Positions 34,950 to 48,855 of a DNA stretch of 64,000 bases are shown one piece after another; the first letter of the stretch is position 1, and every line of letters starts with the position of its first letter. The notes below the pieces were generated by a model. The model was not told where the DNA came from. It saw only the letters and a program-made list of their open reading frames with translations, and did no database searches. Source of the DNA: Octopus bimaculoides (Eukaryota); NCBI RefSeq assembly GCF_001194135.2, contig NC_068985.1, positions 21,765,188 to 21,829,187 on the forward strand, in the 5' to 3' direction. A program made the position numbers and the translations under genes.

Positions 34950-35945
34950 GAGGCTATGACAAGTGACCAAGACCTTTGGTGATATGTTATGCTTGAGAAG
35001 ACTCGTCAAACCAAGTGAAACCATAGTCATGACTGTTATCAGTGTCATGTAGATGACACCCATAAAATCTTAGTCGTGGCTATTGCTGGTGTCGTGTAAA
35101 TGGCACCCATGCCGGTAGCATGTAAAAAGCACCCATTACACTCTTGAAGTGGTTGGCATTAGGAAAGGCATCCAACCATAGAAACCATGCCAAATCAGAC
35201 TGGAACTGGGTGCAGCCCTCCGGTTTATCAGTTCCAGTCAAACCATCTAAGTCATGCCAGCATGGAAAGCAGATGTTAAATGACAATGATGGTGATGATG
35301 ATGATTATATGGGTGCAGGCATGGTTGTGTGGTTAAGAAGCACTTTTCCTAAACATGCAGTCTTGGGTTCAGCTCCACTGCACAGTACCTTGGGCAAGTG
35401 TCTTCAGCTATAGCTATAGACTGACCAAAGCCATATGAGTGGGCAAAACAGACAGAAACTGAAAGAATTCCATGGTATATGTCTGAGTGTGTGTGTGTTT
35501 GTGTGTACCATTGTCTTGACATCATGTAATGATTGTAAAAGAGCATCACTGTCATATAAACGATGTTGCTCATTTCCTATCTTCCATGATTAAATATTAT
35601 CTTCACTTGAAAATAAGTGAGGGTTGGCAACAGGAAGGGCATTCAGCCAAACAAAATCTGCTTCAACAAATTCCATCTGACCCATGCAAACATGAAAAAG
35701 TAGACATTAAACGATGATGATGAGATGAAATTTCCATGGCAACCTCACTAGTACTGGTAGCATGACTAAAGCAGCCCCAGTACACTCTGTAAAGTGGTTG
35801 GCATTAGGAAGGGCATCTAGTTGTAGAAACCATGCCAAAGCTGACACTTGAGCTGGACACAGGCTCGCAGCTCACTGGATCCTGTCAAACTATCCAACCC
35901 ATGCCAGCATGGAAAATAGACATCAAATGATGATGATGATGATGA
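34950..35945 (+). mobile_element. Cluster of family C, family A-headed and family C repeats
   Basis: Three consecutive copies, each ending in (GAT)n. Confidence 0.8.
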
Positions 35946-37024
35946 TACACATATACATACCTGTGTGTGTGTGTGTGTGCATGCGTGTGTGTGTGTGTGA
36001 TTAGCATTTCACAATCACTTTTTCATGCTGGCATTAGGCCAGATGGTTTTTTTGAGGCAAAGTTTTATAGTTTGCTGTTCATCACCAACCCTTTTAGGTT
36101 AGTACACATGTAGAAGACAGTCAAAGAAAAAAAAGGGTAAAAGGCCATACAAACACACGAAAATGAGTTCAAATGCTTTACATAGTCAGCAGCAATACAA
36201 GACTATGGTTTGAATAACAACATCCTAAAAACATTCCCCTTTATACCAAAGAAACCCTGAAAGTGCATGCTGACATGAATAACAGGAATGTTAATGACCT
36301 CATTTACTCAAATTATTGCACTGAGATGAACACCATGGATGATGTGTGCAGAGGAAGAGCAATTATCACACTTCAATCAAGCTCACTTTGTCTGGTTCTG
36401 TTGTGGCCACCACCAATAATATCTACAAGTATACAGCAACAGATTGGATCGTGGAGAAAACACCAAGCCATGGCAGCCAATTTGCATTCCATAAGATAAA
36501 TCATTGCACATCAATGTGTCTAGTGTGATCTTCAACAACTGGGGACATAGAAGTGTGAACCACTGGACTTGTGAATCATGCCTTCCCATTCTACCAATTA
36601 CATGCCATAAATTTGTTCAGTTGGGATTGCCATAAATTTGTTCAGTCTCTCCTACACATATATACGCAACAGTTTATCAGATGCTATAAGCTTTTACTTT
36701 AGTTGTGGGGAAGTACACAATCATCATTTCAGACACACATTTCACTCTAATGGTTCATACAAATGCACTTCCTTGTAATTTCAAATACTTCATGTCAGTC
36801 ATTTTCACAACAGATAATTATTGGAATTTATTTCCAGGAAGAAAATTCTTAAAAAATGAATTCTTGGTTTCTTATTATTATATCAACTGGGTAATCTTTG
36901 ACTTATTTTGTATGAAATCATTGTTGTCGCAAATTCAAATTAAATATATTTTTAAACAATCAATTCAATATTAAAATTAGTTTTAATAATTATAATTTAA
37001 AATATCAGAACTTAAAAATAATAC

Positions 37025-37320
37025 TGGTGTCATGTAAAAAGCACCCATGCTGGTGCCATATATGAAGCACTTGTGATGGTGCTATGCATAAAGCACTGGT
37101 GCTGGTGCCTCATAAAAGGCAGCCAGTTACACTCTGTACAGTAGTCAGCATTAAGAAGGTCATCCAGATATAGAAACCATTGCCAAAACAGACAACAGGA
37201 GCCAGGTACAGCTCTCTGGCTTGCCAGCTCCTGTCAAACCACCCATCCCATGCCAGCATAGAAAATGGATGTTAAATGACGACGATGATGATGGTGACAG
37301 TGATGGCAATGGTGATGACA
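37025..37320 (+). mobile_element. Family C repeat
   Basis: Conserved tail. Confidence 0.75.
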
Positions 37321-39501
37321 CTTGAACTAAATTGGAATGTAAAAGTATAAATTGAAATGCATGTTCTGCTTCTAAAATTTGTCAACTACTTGTATCCTCT
37401 CATACCTCTTATCTTTTTGCAGTGTTTTGTGACTAAATTCACTCGCACAATAAGTTGTGATATGCTGTCATGTGATATATGTGTAACATATTAGGGATTT
37501 AAAGCTATAATAAAACAACAGAATCTAAGGGATCCAGTGATGGTCGGTGCTGATAACAGTAACACAAAGAGCTCAAACAGTGGAATAAATTTGGGGTCAT
37601 TATGAACAAGAGAAATATACTTCTTTGGCTAATCTTACTTGATACTACATACTTAACATCAAGTTTATTCTGCCAATACTATTATTTCAAACAAACATGT
37701 CAGAGGGGTCATATTATTTAGAAAATAATTCCCTATTTCTTTGTTATTTTTGAAAACATTGTCTTATACCTATACATTTATTGAATTGTAAACGCACATG
37801 CATATGCATGTTTCTACATGGTTGTATTCCTGTTGTATCCCCTTGTCTTGCTCCAATTTATTATAAGCACCCTACCTTTTTTCTATTATATTTTGTCCCG
37901 CCAGCCTTTTCTCTTCCTTTTATCAAGCTTTTCTTCGGCTATATATTTTGCTTCTTTCTTTCCAAACCATCTTTCTCACTTGTCTCTGCACCTTTGACGC
38001 AATTTTTGTAATCAAGTACATGAATACACACACTATGATATAATAAAATATAACATACATACACACACACACACACACACATACATACATGGTTCCCAAT
38101 TCAATCACACTCTCTGCTTCTACTACAGTTCTTGGTTGACCAACTTATTGTCAATGAAATTTGGTAGATGGAAGCTATGTGGCAGATAGCAGATACATGT
38201 ATGTGTGTGTATAAAATCTTATTGGTTAGTCAGAAAAAGAATACAATCACTATGAGTAATACAGTACAGATCATTGAGACAAACAAGGCAGCTATAAGTA
38301 GAATGCTGCCAAATATTGAGTCAATTTGATCAACTGTTTCCTCAATAGAAAAAGATTATTTAGAAGCTGAAATCCTCCTACTTCTCACATAAAAAATGCT
38401 ATATATCTCTGATCTGAATATTTAAGGTAGTGGACCTGTTATGATGTTCCCAATTACCACTTGTTTAACAATGTACCTTAAACCTCTTTCCAGCAGTTGA
38501 TAAGGGTTACATCTTAACCTTTTCCTAAAAACTTACATCTGTTATGTATACCTGTTAATATAGTCACAAATTCGAATTTCAAAAAATTGCATTGGTGCTA
38601 ACACGAAAACATTTATGTAAAATCAAAAAACGAAACAACTTTAAAATGGGAAATTTTCATAATGTGGAATGTTGGCCGGCGCAGACCATTGTTAGTTTCC
38701 TTGGTTTCTTATCTGTTTTTGAAAACATTATCGACGATCAACATTCGAAATCCGTTTTCACAATGTCACAAAGGCATTTCTTAATTTAATTATGATCTAC
38801 AAAGACTATAGCAGTTAAAGTTAAACTAAAGGAAACTTCATGTTTATAATGTCATACAAGTTAAAAGATTCACGAGCTATCGTCTTCAAAGGGCGATGAC
38901 GACAGCAACGATGACAAATAGACCCATGTACGACCATTTTCGATTATCAGGCCGTCACCGTTATATGTAATGGTAATTCTCAGCTCAAATCCCTTAAAGG
39001 TAATGTTGTAGTTTATGTTCCTAATTAAATTCACAAAATAAAGTTTTGTTTAAATAAAAAAAAGTTTCATGGTCTTAGACATACAAACCGATTACATACA
39101 CAAACGCATTAATGGTCACTTCAGTGAAAATTTTTTGATTTTCTTTCTCGTAATTTCTTTCTTTATTTTATTTGCTTCTCATGCAATGTAAGACAAAACA
39201 GTATAATTGTTTAGTATCTGATGAGCTTTAATCAAAGGACCTATAAACGAACGCTTTCCAACCACATCCGTTTTTTTTTATTATTGTATATCTAGGATTA
39301 CACAGAGATCGCGGAGCCCCCAATTTTTCAGTAAAACAATACTGAAGCACACTATCAATCGCTGGATTCATTAATTAGCATTAAAGCTTTCTTTGACATC
39401 TACTTTTCACTTAAACGTGCTTGTGACTAAGGTCGATTCATCTTTCAACATTAATGTACATTTAAATTAGCAAATTTAAAAGCCATAGATGTTATAAAAT
39501 G

Positions 39502-39682
39502 GGTACTACTAAAGCAGCACGGTCCCGAACGCGCAGTCGTACAGTCGCGCGTTCGCGCTAGCTAGTCGTGAGTGGTCGACCCTAACCCTTAACACGTATT
39601 CATTTGCACACGCGGGTTAGGGTTAGGATCAACCACTCACGACTAGCTTGCGCGTTCGGGACCGTGCTGCTTTAGTAGTACC
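39502..39682. mobile_element. 181-bp MITE with 8-bp TSD, probably Merlin-type
   Basis: TIR GGTACTACTAAAGCAGCACGGTCCCGAACGCGCA; perfect TSD ATAAAATG at 39494-39501 and 39683-39690. Confidence 0.85.
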
Positions 39683-41239
39683 ATAAAATGTTTTAAGTCT
39701 TCACTGCATGCTAACATTTATTTTATTTTATTAACCCTCCCACTCATAAAGAGCTCCTTAGTGCCTGCTACACTGTTAATAAAATGTTGGTATCAAATAT
39801 TACTTATATCCTTTCCTCATTCAAGTTAACTTTCATTTTGTTTATTTTCGAACGTAAACTACAATATTATCCACAGAAATGATTGTTTTCAAGCTTATTA
39901 CCACATATAGAAAACATTTCCAACGAATTCAAAAAAATATCTTCTTCATGAGTACCGAAATATCAATCCCACCAAACTCGTCATGTTTTTTCTACAGTCC
40001 CTTACTTCTCAAGATTAATACTTGAGGTGAAATAGTCACCAGATAAAAAATTCGAACCATGCAAAGATGGTCGCTAAGGAAAACTGTTTAGGTCCCAGAG
40101 CAGTAACTAAGGAAGTAGATAAGAAGCTTAAGAAATGCAAGAAAAATAAGTCACATGAATTATTTCCCTTATCACCTTATTACGTCATCTTTTAATTTTT
40201 AGTTCTTTTTGTTTGTTTTTGAGAGATTAAAGTCAGTAGAGACTCCTACACATTTTAAAGCTATTTCCGAGAAAAGATTTTGTCGGTTTTGGTATGATTT
40301 TGTCATTAATATTAGTTGTGTTTTGTTCAGCTGAAATAGATAGTCCTTCATAATACCGATAGTAATCCATTTATGTTGCAAATAAGGGAGGGGAACAAAA
40401 ATGCCAGAAAATCTCACCCACCACCTATGTATGTAAAATAAACTTAGTGGTTTCAACGAATTTCAGTTGAATTCGTTCGTGGGAATTGTATCTGCACTAT
40501 GCTTTGTTTCGAAAAATAATAACATTACAAAAGCAAGTGTGGGTTTAGTTAGGTTCTTTAAGTTCAAAAGCCACTTGAGTCTATATCTTAAATTTATGTA
40601 TAACACCAGCAACTCATTTAACGGCAATGTTAAGATTTGCAATTGACACTAGAAAGGCAACATAAAATTTACTCAATCCATCATACTGTAAATAGCTACC
40701 ATATGGAGGTATATAGTTTACCCATAAAGAACAAAAGCTATGTATGACTGATTTCTTGCATTGACAAAAGGTTTATACATTCGTAGGGTAGCAAAGTATT
40801 ATAAATTGAATCCAACTCAGTACGGGAATGGTGCCTATATATACGCCTTCCCAACCCCTGAGATGTAGCACACAACCTCTTTCTCTTTTCCTGTGGAGCT
40901 TTTAGTTTATAAAGTAGAGGAACCATGTCAAATGGCTCTTTACTTCTTTATGATTAACAAGTGTTTCTTTAGCTGTTAGTACAGTGATATAATGTTGCTG
41001 TGAGAATGAAGTAAGCAACAGAATTCCACTAATGTAACTCCTTTTGAATAACATTAAGAGCTTTTTCACCGACACTTTAATGACATAATGGATTATAAAA
41101 CATTAAGGAAACATATACAAGGAAACATATATAACAAGCTTCAAGGAACCCTCCTCCTCGTCATTTGTCATCATCATCATCATCATTACTTTTTCATGCT
41201 TGCATATATCAGATGGAATTTGTTGAGACAGCTTGTCTG

Positions 41240-41710
41240 GTAAGTGGATTTGGTAGACAGAAATTGAAATCTACTTACCAGACTTTAGACAGTCCTGAGC
41301 TATAGTAGAAGACACTTGTCCAAAGTGCCATGAGACCAGATGGCTGGAAAGCAAGTTTTTTAACCACACAGCCAAGTCTAAGCCTATCCCAGTCATGCTT
41401 GTGCTATTCACAGTCATACTTGTGCATATCATAGCCATGTCTCCACCTATTAAAAATAATAAGATAAGGCAGAAAATGAGTGCACTTTTACACAATAGTT
41501 TGACTAGCTAGGAATAGTAACCGAATTTCCCTCACACCATATAGTCTTGAAAGGGGAATAGATATTTGATGATGCAGTTCTGAATGTACACTGATGAAAC
41601 ATTGGCAAAACAGTGAAAAATGTTAAAAGAAGATGGGATGGCCAAGGCTGGAATACCATTTATTATAGATGTACTCAATCAGGGATAACCTGGGGCTAAA
41701 CAACAACACA
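41240..41710. mobile_element. SINE family A head (-) and family D copy (+)
   Basis: Homology to other copies. Confidence 0.6.
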
Positions 41711-42107
41711 ATTCAGAAAAGCTTTAAGGCTAATTGTTAATATATTTATCTAATGAAATTAAGGATGTACTTAGTAAGTCATGTGTGGTATGTGAATTTT
41801 TTTAATTTTACAGATTAATAACTAAGCTGCAAGTTGAAATTTATTGCATAATCCTCATCCTCATCTGCAGCAGCATTAGAATATTATTTAATGTGTTCAA
41901 ACAAATTTTCTGAACAATCTTTTGTGTGGAATTTTTGGCGATTATTAACAATTCAGAAAAAGGAAAAGATCATTTAATGAACTATGTTTGGCCTGAATAT
42001 CTAAATCATAAAAATAAGCACTGATAATCAATTAAAACAACCAATAAATAATGCATGAATCTGTTGACTAATATTGCATATTTTCTTTTATTTTACTGTT
42101 TCTTCAG

Positions 42108-42179
42108 AAAGACATCTGTCATTAATTTCAACACATGCATTTCTTCTTGTACACAAAATCATGAAATTGTAAATAACAA
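42108..42179 (+). CDS. Candidate exon (KTSVINFNTCISSCTQNHEIVNN)
   Basis: Very strong acceptor TTTTCTTTTATTTTACTGTTTCTTCAG and donor GTAAGT; 72 nt with one open frame (phase 2-2); no recognisable domain. Confidence 0.35.
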
Positions 42180-42639
42180 GTAAGTGTGAACTCTACTTTA
42201 ATCAGTTGGTTATAAAATATAATTTATAATAGTATTTTATCAGAAATAGGTAAAGTCAAACATTACACAATAGACTTCTTATTTCATTGCCTTGTTTACT
42301 ACCACAACCGGCATTTTGGGTACCTTTAGCAGAGCCCATTCTGTTGCAAGCAATTAGGTGAGGTTTCCAACTTGAGGATACCTTCCTTTCTTCCTCCCAC
42401 CAGTTTCATAGACCCTAAAATGGATCATATGCTCTGTCCTTCTGACTAACTGATAAAAAAGAAATTCTCAAATAGCGGATTGACAGAATTGTTAAAATGT
42501 CAGACAAACTACTTTGCATCATTTGGTTCCAGACCTTTATATTCTGAGTTCAAATCTCACTAAGGTCATCTTCATCTTTCATCCTTCTTAGTTTTGATAA
42601 GATTAAAACATCAGTCAACTACTGGGATTGATTTAATTG

Positions 42640-43290
42640 ATTTAATTGATTGAAATACATTTGAAGGACACTTCCTGAAGACTTGAAGAAGATAGTTACA
42701 TTGACATGAAGCAAAGCTTCTCTTGGATTCATGACCACTACATTACACTTCAAAGGCTGTACATTTGTAATCCAAGAACAGGAGATTGCTACTAAATACT
42801 CAATCAACAAAAGAGACAGTAAAACCGTTGGAGCTCCAAAGTGCAATTGGAAATGTAGATTATGTCATGTGTCTGTGGAAGACATATGATAAGCAGCTGC
42901 CCAAAAATGTCTTCAAGATACTACCTTGTCACAAAAACAATATACAATGTCATTCAGAAAAAAAGACTGTTCTGGAATAAATATAGAGAATTCCTCTGTT
43001 AATGAATATAATGACAAATATCAACACAAGGAATACTGGTGGAACATTCCCATCAAAACATCTGTTAAATCTATACATAACAGGCTAGATATTGTTGTTT
43101 GGGACAGACAAGAAAAAATATGCACCATCATGGCGGTCAGTTGTCCTGCTAATGTGAATATTTCTTTGAAAATCAAAGAGAAAGAGGATAACTACGGACA
43201 ACTGCTTTGAAATCTCTCACTTCTATATCCAGATTATAAATTGACATTTATACCAATAACAATTGGTGCACTTGGTTTTGTGAGTAAACA
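42640..43290 (+). mobile_element. R4-like RLE non-LTR retrotransposon 3' fragment
   Basis: FVIQEQEIATKY, CRLCHVSVEDI, YWWNIPIKT...HNRLDIVVWD...SCPANVNI, FIPITIGALG. Confidence 0.8.
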
Positions 43291-44320
43291 TAAACACACA
43301 CACACACACACACTTATACAACAAAGCTGTTGTATTGTTTATGTGAGTGCTTGTGTTTATGTGTGTGTAAGTTGACATCTCACTGGTTCACTTGTTATTG
43401 CTTGAATTAAACAGTGATATGATGTTTACGTTCCTTGTTGACTTTATACCAGATGCTCTGCACTTTCTAAGACCTGTGGAATAAGGAACAAGCAAGTGTT
43501 GGCAACAAGAAGAGCATCAAACCACAAAATCCAGTGTCAAATAAGTTCCTCTCCAACCCATACTAGCATGGGATAATGGATGTTATACAAATGAACAAAT
43601 AAAGGACACTGTGTTTCCTAGGTTTCTTCAAACAATTGATTTCAGCTGAGAATTCCAAACAAATCTCTTTTGTTCTGTATTCACTGGAATAGAAGATGAA
43701 ATGTAAATATCGATGACACTACAGTATTGTCATGAGGAACAGCTATTAACTATCCCTACGGCCAGACATATTTCTTGCTGGTTTGAATCAAACATCACTT
43801 GAATGATGGTGATGTTCACTTACAACCATCACATGGTGTCAAATCAAGGTGGGTGCTCACATACACACCCACTCAAAACACTCTCTCACACACACACACA
43901 CAAACACACATATATATATACTTTCCACGCTAGCATGGGTTGGACTTTCAGCTTCTGTCTATCAAATTCACTCACAAGGCTTGGGGCTCTAGCAGAAGAT
44001 GCTTGTACAAGGTGTTACACCATATAACTAAACCTAAGATCACATGGTTATGAATCAAGTTTCTTAGCCATGCAGTCATACCTCTCTCTATAAAATAACA
44101 CTTTATAAAAAAAAACTTGTCATTTATAATGCTACTGCATATTAGAGCCATTTGATAAGAAACCTATTCAGGGCCTCACATTGCAACCATGTAGTTTTGG
44201 GCCCATTTCCACAGTACAGCACCTTGGGCAAGTGTCTTTTACTATAGCCCTAGGATAATCAATGCTTATGAATGAATTTGGTTGACAGGAACTCTGTTGA
44301 AGCTTATCATCTACATGTAT

Positions 44321-44910
44321 GTAAACTGAACCACAAAAGAAATGCTGCGTATATACTAAATAGAAACTGGTTTATTAACAGAATGCCATAGCATTGATTG
44401 AAGAGTGCTAATTAAGAAACTGTTCTTTCCTAATGATAAAACACCATTTCCTGAAACATGTTTGACGTCACATGGTGTCACATGATGACGGAGTGTCCTG
44501 GATCCAAAGAGATGAACTCAATATTTCATGTGACCACCGTTAGCATTGATTACCACCAAGCATCTTCTGTATACTGAATGCACCAAATGATTGATCAAGG
44601 CTATGGGTATAGCAGCCCATACTCTGTTAAAACTTGCAGTGAGTTGTGCTGCAGTCGTTGGCCTTGGACAGATGTCATTTAGCCTTCTTTGGACTTCATC
44701 CCACAAGTGCTCTATGGGATTCAAGTCCGGACTTAGGGCAGGCTATGGCAGAGTCTGGATGTTGTGCTGTTGGAGGAAGTCTGTTGTCAACCTGGCAGTA
44801 TGGGTACGGGCGTTGTCGTGTTGGAACACGTGATTCCGATGATGGGTAAAATATGACACAATGTGAAGCCTCAACACTTGGTCGATGTAGTGAGCAGTGG
44901 TTACTCCATT
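44321..44910 (-). mobile_element. Tc1-like transposon, 3' half
   Basis: FQHDNARTHTAR, SPDLNPIEHLWDE and NGGH.KY motifs; TIR-like end near 44321. Confidence 0.88.
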
Positions 44911-45433
44911 GCCCTGGCTGCAAAATTTTTTTTCCTACAAGAGTAATGAACTCATTTGCATACAGCCAATCAGAGCTCACCTTGAAAATCCACATACTGT
45001 ATACTATTAGAGTACAGCCAATCAGGCATAGAATGGTGTATGCCACTCTGTGAGTACAGCATAGCAGGTCTCACATAAGCACCACATTCCCACCACCCAT
45101 CATTCTCATACATCAACTGAGCACCATCTCTATATAAAGATAAGTTTAGCACATTAAATTAACACATAATATCTTCAATGACGCTACCACTGAATTTAGG
45201 ACGTTTTTATTACTTATGAGGTAGTCTATATTTTTCAGCTAAAGTGTAGTTTTGTCTCAAGGGGATGGTACAAACCTAGCAATATGTGTTCTATAGTGAA
45301 AACAATATTTCCATTCAAATGGCAATTACTGGACGATTTTCTGTTTGAGTATAACTGTTTTAAGTCATTAGGCATATGAATATTGTATAAATTTTGTAAT
45401 TGAAAAATTTACTATATTTTGTACATATGAGTA

Positions 45434-45553
45434 AACTCTGCCAAATCAGACTGGAGCCTGGTGTTGCCATCCGGTTTCACCAGTCCTCAGTCAAATCGTC
45501 CAACCCATGCTAGCATGGAAAGCGGACGTTAAACGATGATGATGATGATGATG
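45434..45553 (+). mobile_element. Young family C tail
   Basis: Near-consensus sequence with (GAT)n. Confidence 0.85.
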
Positions 45554-45789
45554 AGTATGCCAGCCTGCGGGTGCAATAAAATGGGCTCGCAGGTGCAATT
45601 ACACCCATGGGCAGGAGTTTCCCCACCCTTGGAGTACAGGATTATCTCATAATCATGAGTTCAAGCTTTACTGTAGTCATTGTATGCTTTCCTGGGTGTG
45701 TCACGAGCCCTAGGAATCATAAGACAAGAGTTTAACCTGGTTTACATAGTGTGTAAGTGACTGAGATGACAATACTCCCCAATGTGTGG

Positions 45790-46000
45790 GTTATCAGTCT
45801 ATTGCTGGGTTAACTCACCTGCTATTGCTGGGTTAACTCACCTGCTATTGCTGGTACTCCTTCATAGCTGAGTGGATGGAACAACGTGAAATGAAGTGTT
45901 TTATTCAATAACACAATGTACTTCCTAGTCTGAGAATCGAAACCTTGATCTTATGATCATGAGTACAACATCCTAACCACTAGGCCATGCACCTTCACAT
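45790..46000 (-). mobile_element. CORE/V-like SINE with a 23-bp tandem duplication
   Basis: Homolog of 11690-11940; CTATTGCTGGGTTAACTCACCTG x2.5. Confidence 0.65.
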
Positions 46001-46426
46001 GCTTTTCTAGGCGAAGCACATAATTCTACTTTGCTCAGTTTGCCTAGCTGATAGTAGGTTGAATGGCTTGCGGTTGAAAGGGCATCTTGTTTTAAAACAA
46101 TTGCTTCATCAAATATCTCTTGTACTTAAACAACTTAAACTAGCATGGAGAAAGTAGATGTAAAAATGACAGCAAAGAAGGCTTAGCAAGTAACAATATC
46201 AAGAAACTTCCAGGAGATAATTAATTATACATCCATATTTCAACAACTCATTGTATTTACTTACTAGAAGTGATAAGTGATATTATGTCAGATGCTGTAG
46301 ATTTCTAGTGACCCTCATGCAATAAGTGATGTTTTAGTCATGCACTGTTTTTCACCAGTTTTATTTGCCAGTAAAAGGAAAATATTCCTGTAGTTTATTT
46401 GGCTGATAAAGCAGAAAGCCACATAC

Positions 46427-46492
46427 AATGTCATATCTTTTGTAGTGGGTTTCATTTTGACTAACAATAGTATTTAACAGCCACTTATTTAA
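46427..46492 (-). CDS. Candidate exon (LNKWLLNTIVSQNETHYKRYDI) of an unannotated minus-strand gene
   Basis: Acceptor CATTCTTGTTTCTATATTCAG, donor GTATGT, 66 nt, only frame 0 open. Confidence 0.45.
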
Positions 46493-47197
46493 CTGAATAT
46501 AGAAACAAGAATGAAGGTGAACTCTGGCAGGGTTTGCCCTCAAATTATAAAGACACATAACTAATCATTGTTTTATATTAACCGACCATTCTACCAAGCC
46601 ACCAGAACATTACCAACAATAACAATAATTGTTTCTAAGATAAAAGAGAAAGTTTGAAATTTGGGAGAAGGGGTATAATTGATTTTATTGACTCTAGTTC
46701 TTGACTGATACTTTAATTTATGGACCCCTGAAGAATGAGGCAAAGTTAACTTTTGAACATAGAACTGAAAATGTCAACAAATACTGCATGACTTTTTTTT
46801 TTCAAAGCTCTTATAATTCGGCCAATATATCCTCCTCAATGATATTTCCTGTCTTAAGTAGAAGACCTCAAGTTTGGGAGAGTGATTATATCAACTCCAA
46901 TACTTGACTTTATTTCATCAATCCTGGAAGGCTGAAAGATGAAGTTGATCTTGGCTGCATTGGAAACCAGAATATAAAGAGCTGTTAAAAATAACAGTGC
47001 TCTAACAATTCTATCAATCCACCACTATTCTTGTTCCTGGGCAGTAAGTGTTATTTGCTAATTTCTTGTGTTGATAAAGTATAGAAAACCATTATTACTT
47101 CCTTTAAAATTTGCTTTTGTGATCTGGATAATGATAATTCGAAATTTACTAATTTCTTATGGGGAATTTGTACATTTTCATTTACATAAGGTTTGAA

Positions 47198-47377
47198 GGA
47201 GTGGCTGTGTGGTAAGTAAGTAGTTTGCTTCCTAACCACATGGTTCTGGGTTCAGTCCCACAGCATGGCACCTTGGGTAAGTGTCTTCTACTATAGCCTC
47301 AGGCTGACCAAAGCCTTGTGAGCGGATTTGGTAGATGGAAACTGAAAGAAGCCTGTCATATGTGTGTGTGTGTGTGC

Positions 47378-47418
<41 letters not shown>

Positions 47419-47575
47419 TCCCCCCAACACCATTTGACAACTGATGCTGGTGTGTTTATGTCCCCGTAACTTAGCGGTTCGGCAAAAGAGACTGATAGGA
47501 TAAGTACTAGGTTTACAAAGAATAAGTCCTGGGGTTGATTTGCTTGACTAAAAGTGGTGCTCCAGGTGGTGGTCA
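47198..47575 (+). mobile_element. SINE family A, full length
   Basis: Near-consensus. Confidence 0.88.
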
Positions 47576-47829
47576 GAAATAAGATAAAGGATGACTCGTC
47601 CAAGAAAATAACATTCCTCCACTGCTCTAGGGACCAATTCTGTAGGTTTTTACTCCACTCTAAATGCTTTGCAACATTTGTATTTGAAAGTAGTGGTTTT
47701 CTGATTGTAGCCCTCCTGTAGATCTCTGATCAAATTGTTGAGGTATTTTTGGTTGTTGTGTAACTCCTTAACTGCACCTCAGAAATTGCGATCTGAGCCT
47801 ACATTTTTCCCCATTCTGACATGCTCTCT

Positions 47830-48502
47830 GTTTCTCTGTCTCTGCCCCCACTCTCTCTCCTGAAGACAGCTGTTCTGTGGCAGACTGGACACAAGAAGCT
47901 CAGGGTAATACATGCATATAGTTGCATATCTAGACATGCGCATATATATTCAAATGATAAACTTCTGGAAAGTTTTACAGATTTTTACAATTCCAGTGAT
48001 GGATTGGAGCTATAGTCCTTGAATTAGCTTTCTCCTTTCTGGTTTTGAGAAGCCTAATTTCTCAAGATTGGTATTTAAGCAGTGTGTTATATATGCCAGG
48101 GCCCCAATAATTACAGGTATAAACCTGAATTTGTAATCTGGATAGAGTAACTTCAGATTTCTCAATAGTTCAGCATCGGTGTTCTCTTTTTCACTGATCT
48201 TCAGCTTTATGTTAACATCCGCTGGGCAGCTAATTTCCATAATTGTGCACAGTTTCTCTTCTCTATCCCAAATCATTATATCAGGTCTGTTGTTCTTACA
48301 TTTTATTGAGGTCTTCACTGGTACATTCCACCAGTATTCCTTTTTGTTATGAGCAACTATGGCTTCTACCATATTGTAAGTTCTTATTTCTTTGTCCGAG
48401 GGAATATCCTTCCGACGAATTTCATTATAGAGTGTCCTAGCTACAACATCATGTCTCATCGGTAGATAATACCATGATGACATTTTCGGACAATTGCTTA
48501 TG
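47830..48502 (-). mobile_element. R4-like RLE non-LTR retrotransposon 3' fragment (largely intact frame)
   Basis: CPKMSSWYYLPMRHDVVA, NNRPDIMIWD...EISCPADVNI, FIPVIIGAL; 5' end abuts (TACA)n. Confidence 0.88.
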
Positions 48503-48855
48503 ATATGTATGTATGTGTGTATGTATGTATGTATGTATGTATGTATGTATGTATGTATGCATGTATGTATGCATGCATGTATGTAAGTATGTATGCGTAT
48601 TTGCATCATTGTTTCTGTTTTGCCCCTTCCCTCACTTGACAACCAGAGTTGGTTTATTCACACCCCTGTAACTTAGCAGTTCAGCAAAAGAGATCGATAG
48701 AATAATTCCAGGTTTAAAAATATGTACTGGATTCAATTTGTTGGACTAAATTCTTCGAGATGATGCCCCAGCATGACTACAGACTGAAACAAGTAAAAGA
48801 CCAAAGCGGGCAAAAATTATGTCTTAGCATCTAAAATTTTTTTTGCTGTGCTCAC

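Noticed and set aside
36693-36974. ORF 36705-36974 with a good acceptor and GTAATC donor
   Set aside because: AT-rich, no recognisable motif, and its phase fits no neighbouring exon
39218-39260. CTGATGAG-CTTT-AATC-AAAG as a hammerhead
   Set aside because: No GAAA core, stem III or NUH triplet follows
40240-40375. Minus-strand frame MDYYRYYEGLSISAEQ...
   Set aside because: Only 45 codons; several mutually incompatible splice options and no homology I can recognise
47855-47900. GAACAGCTGTC motif in the R4-like 3'UTR (minus strand)
   Set aside because: Resembles the palindromic stem III but lacks GAAA and an upstream CUGANGA
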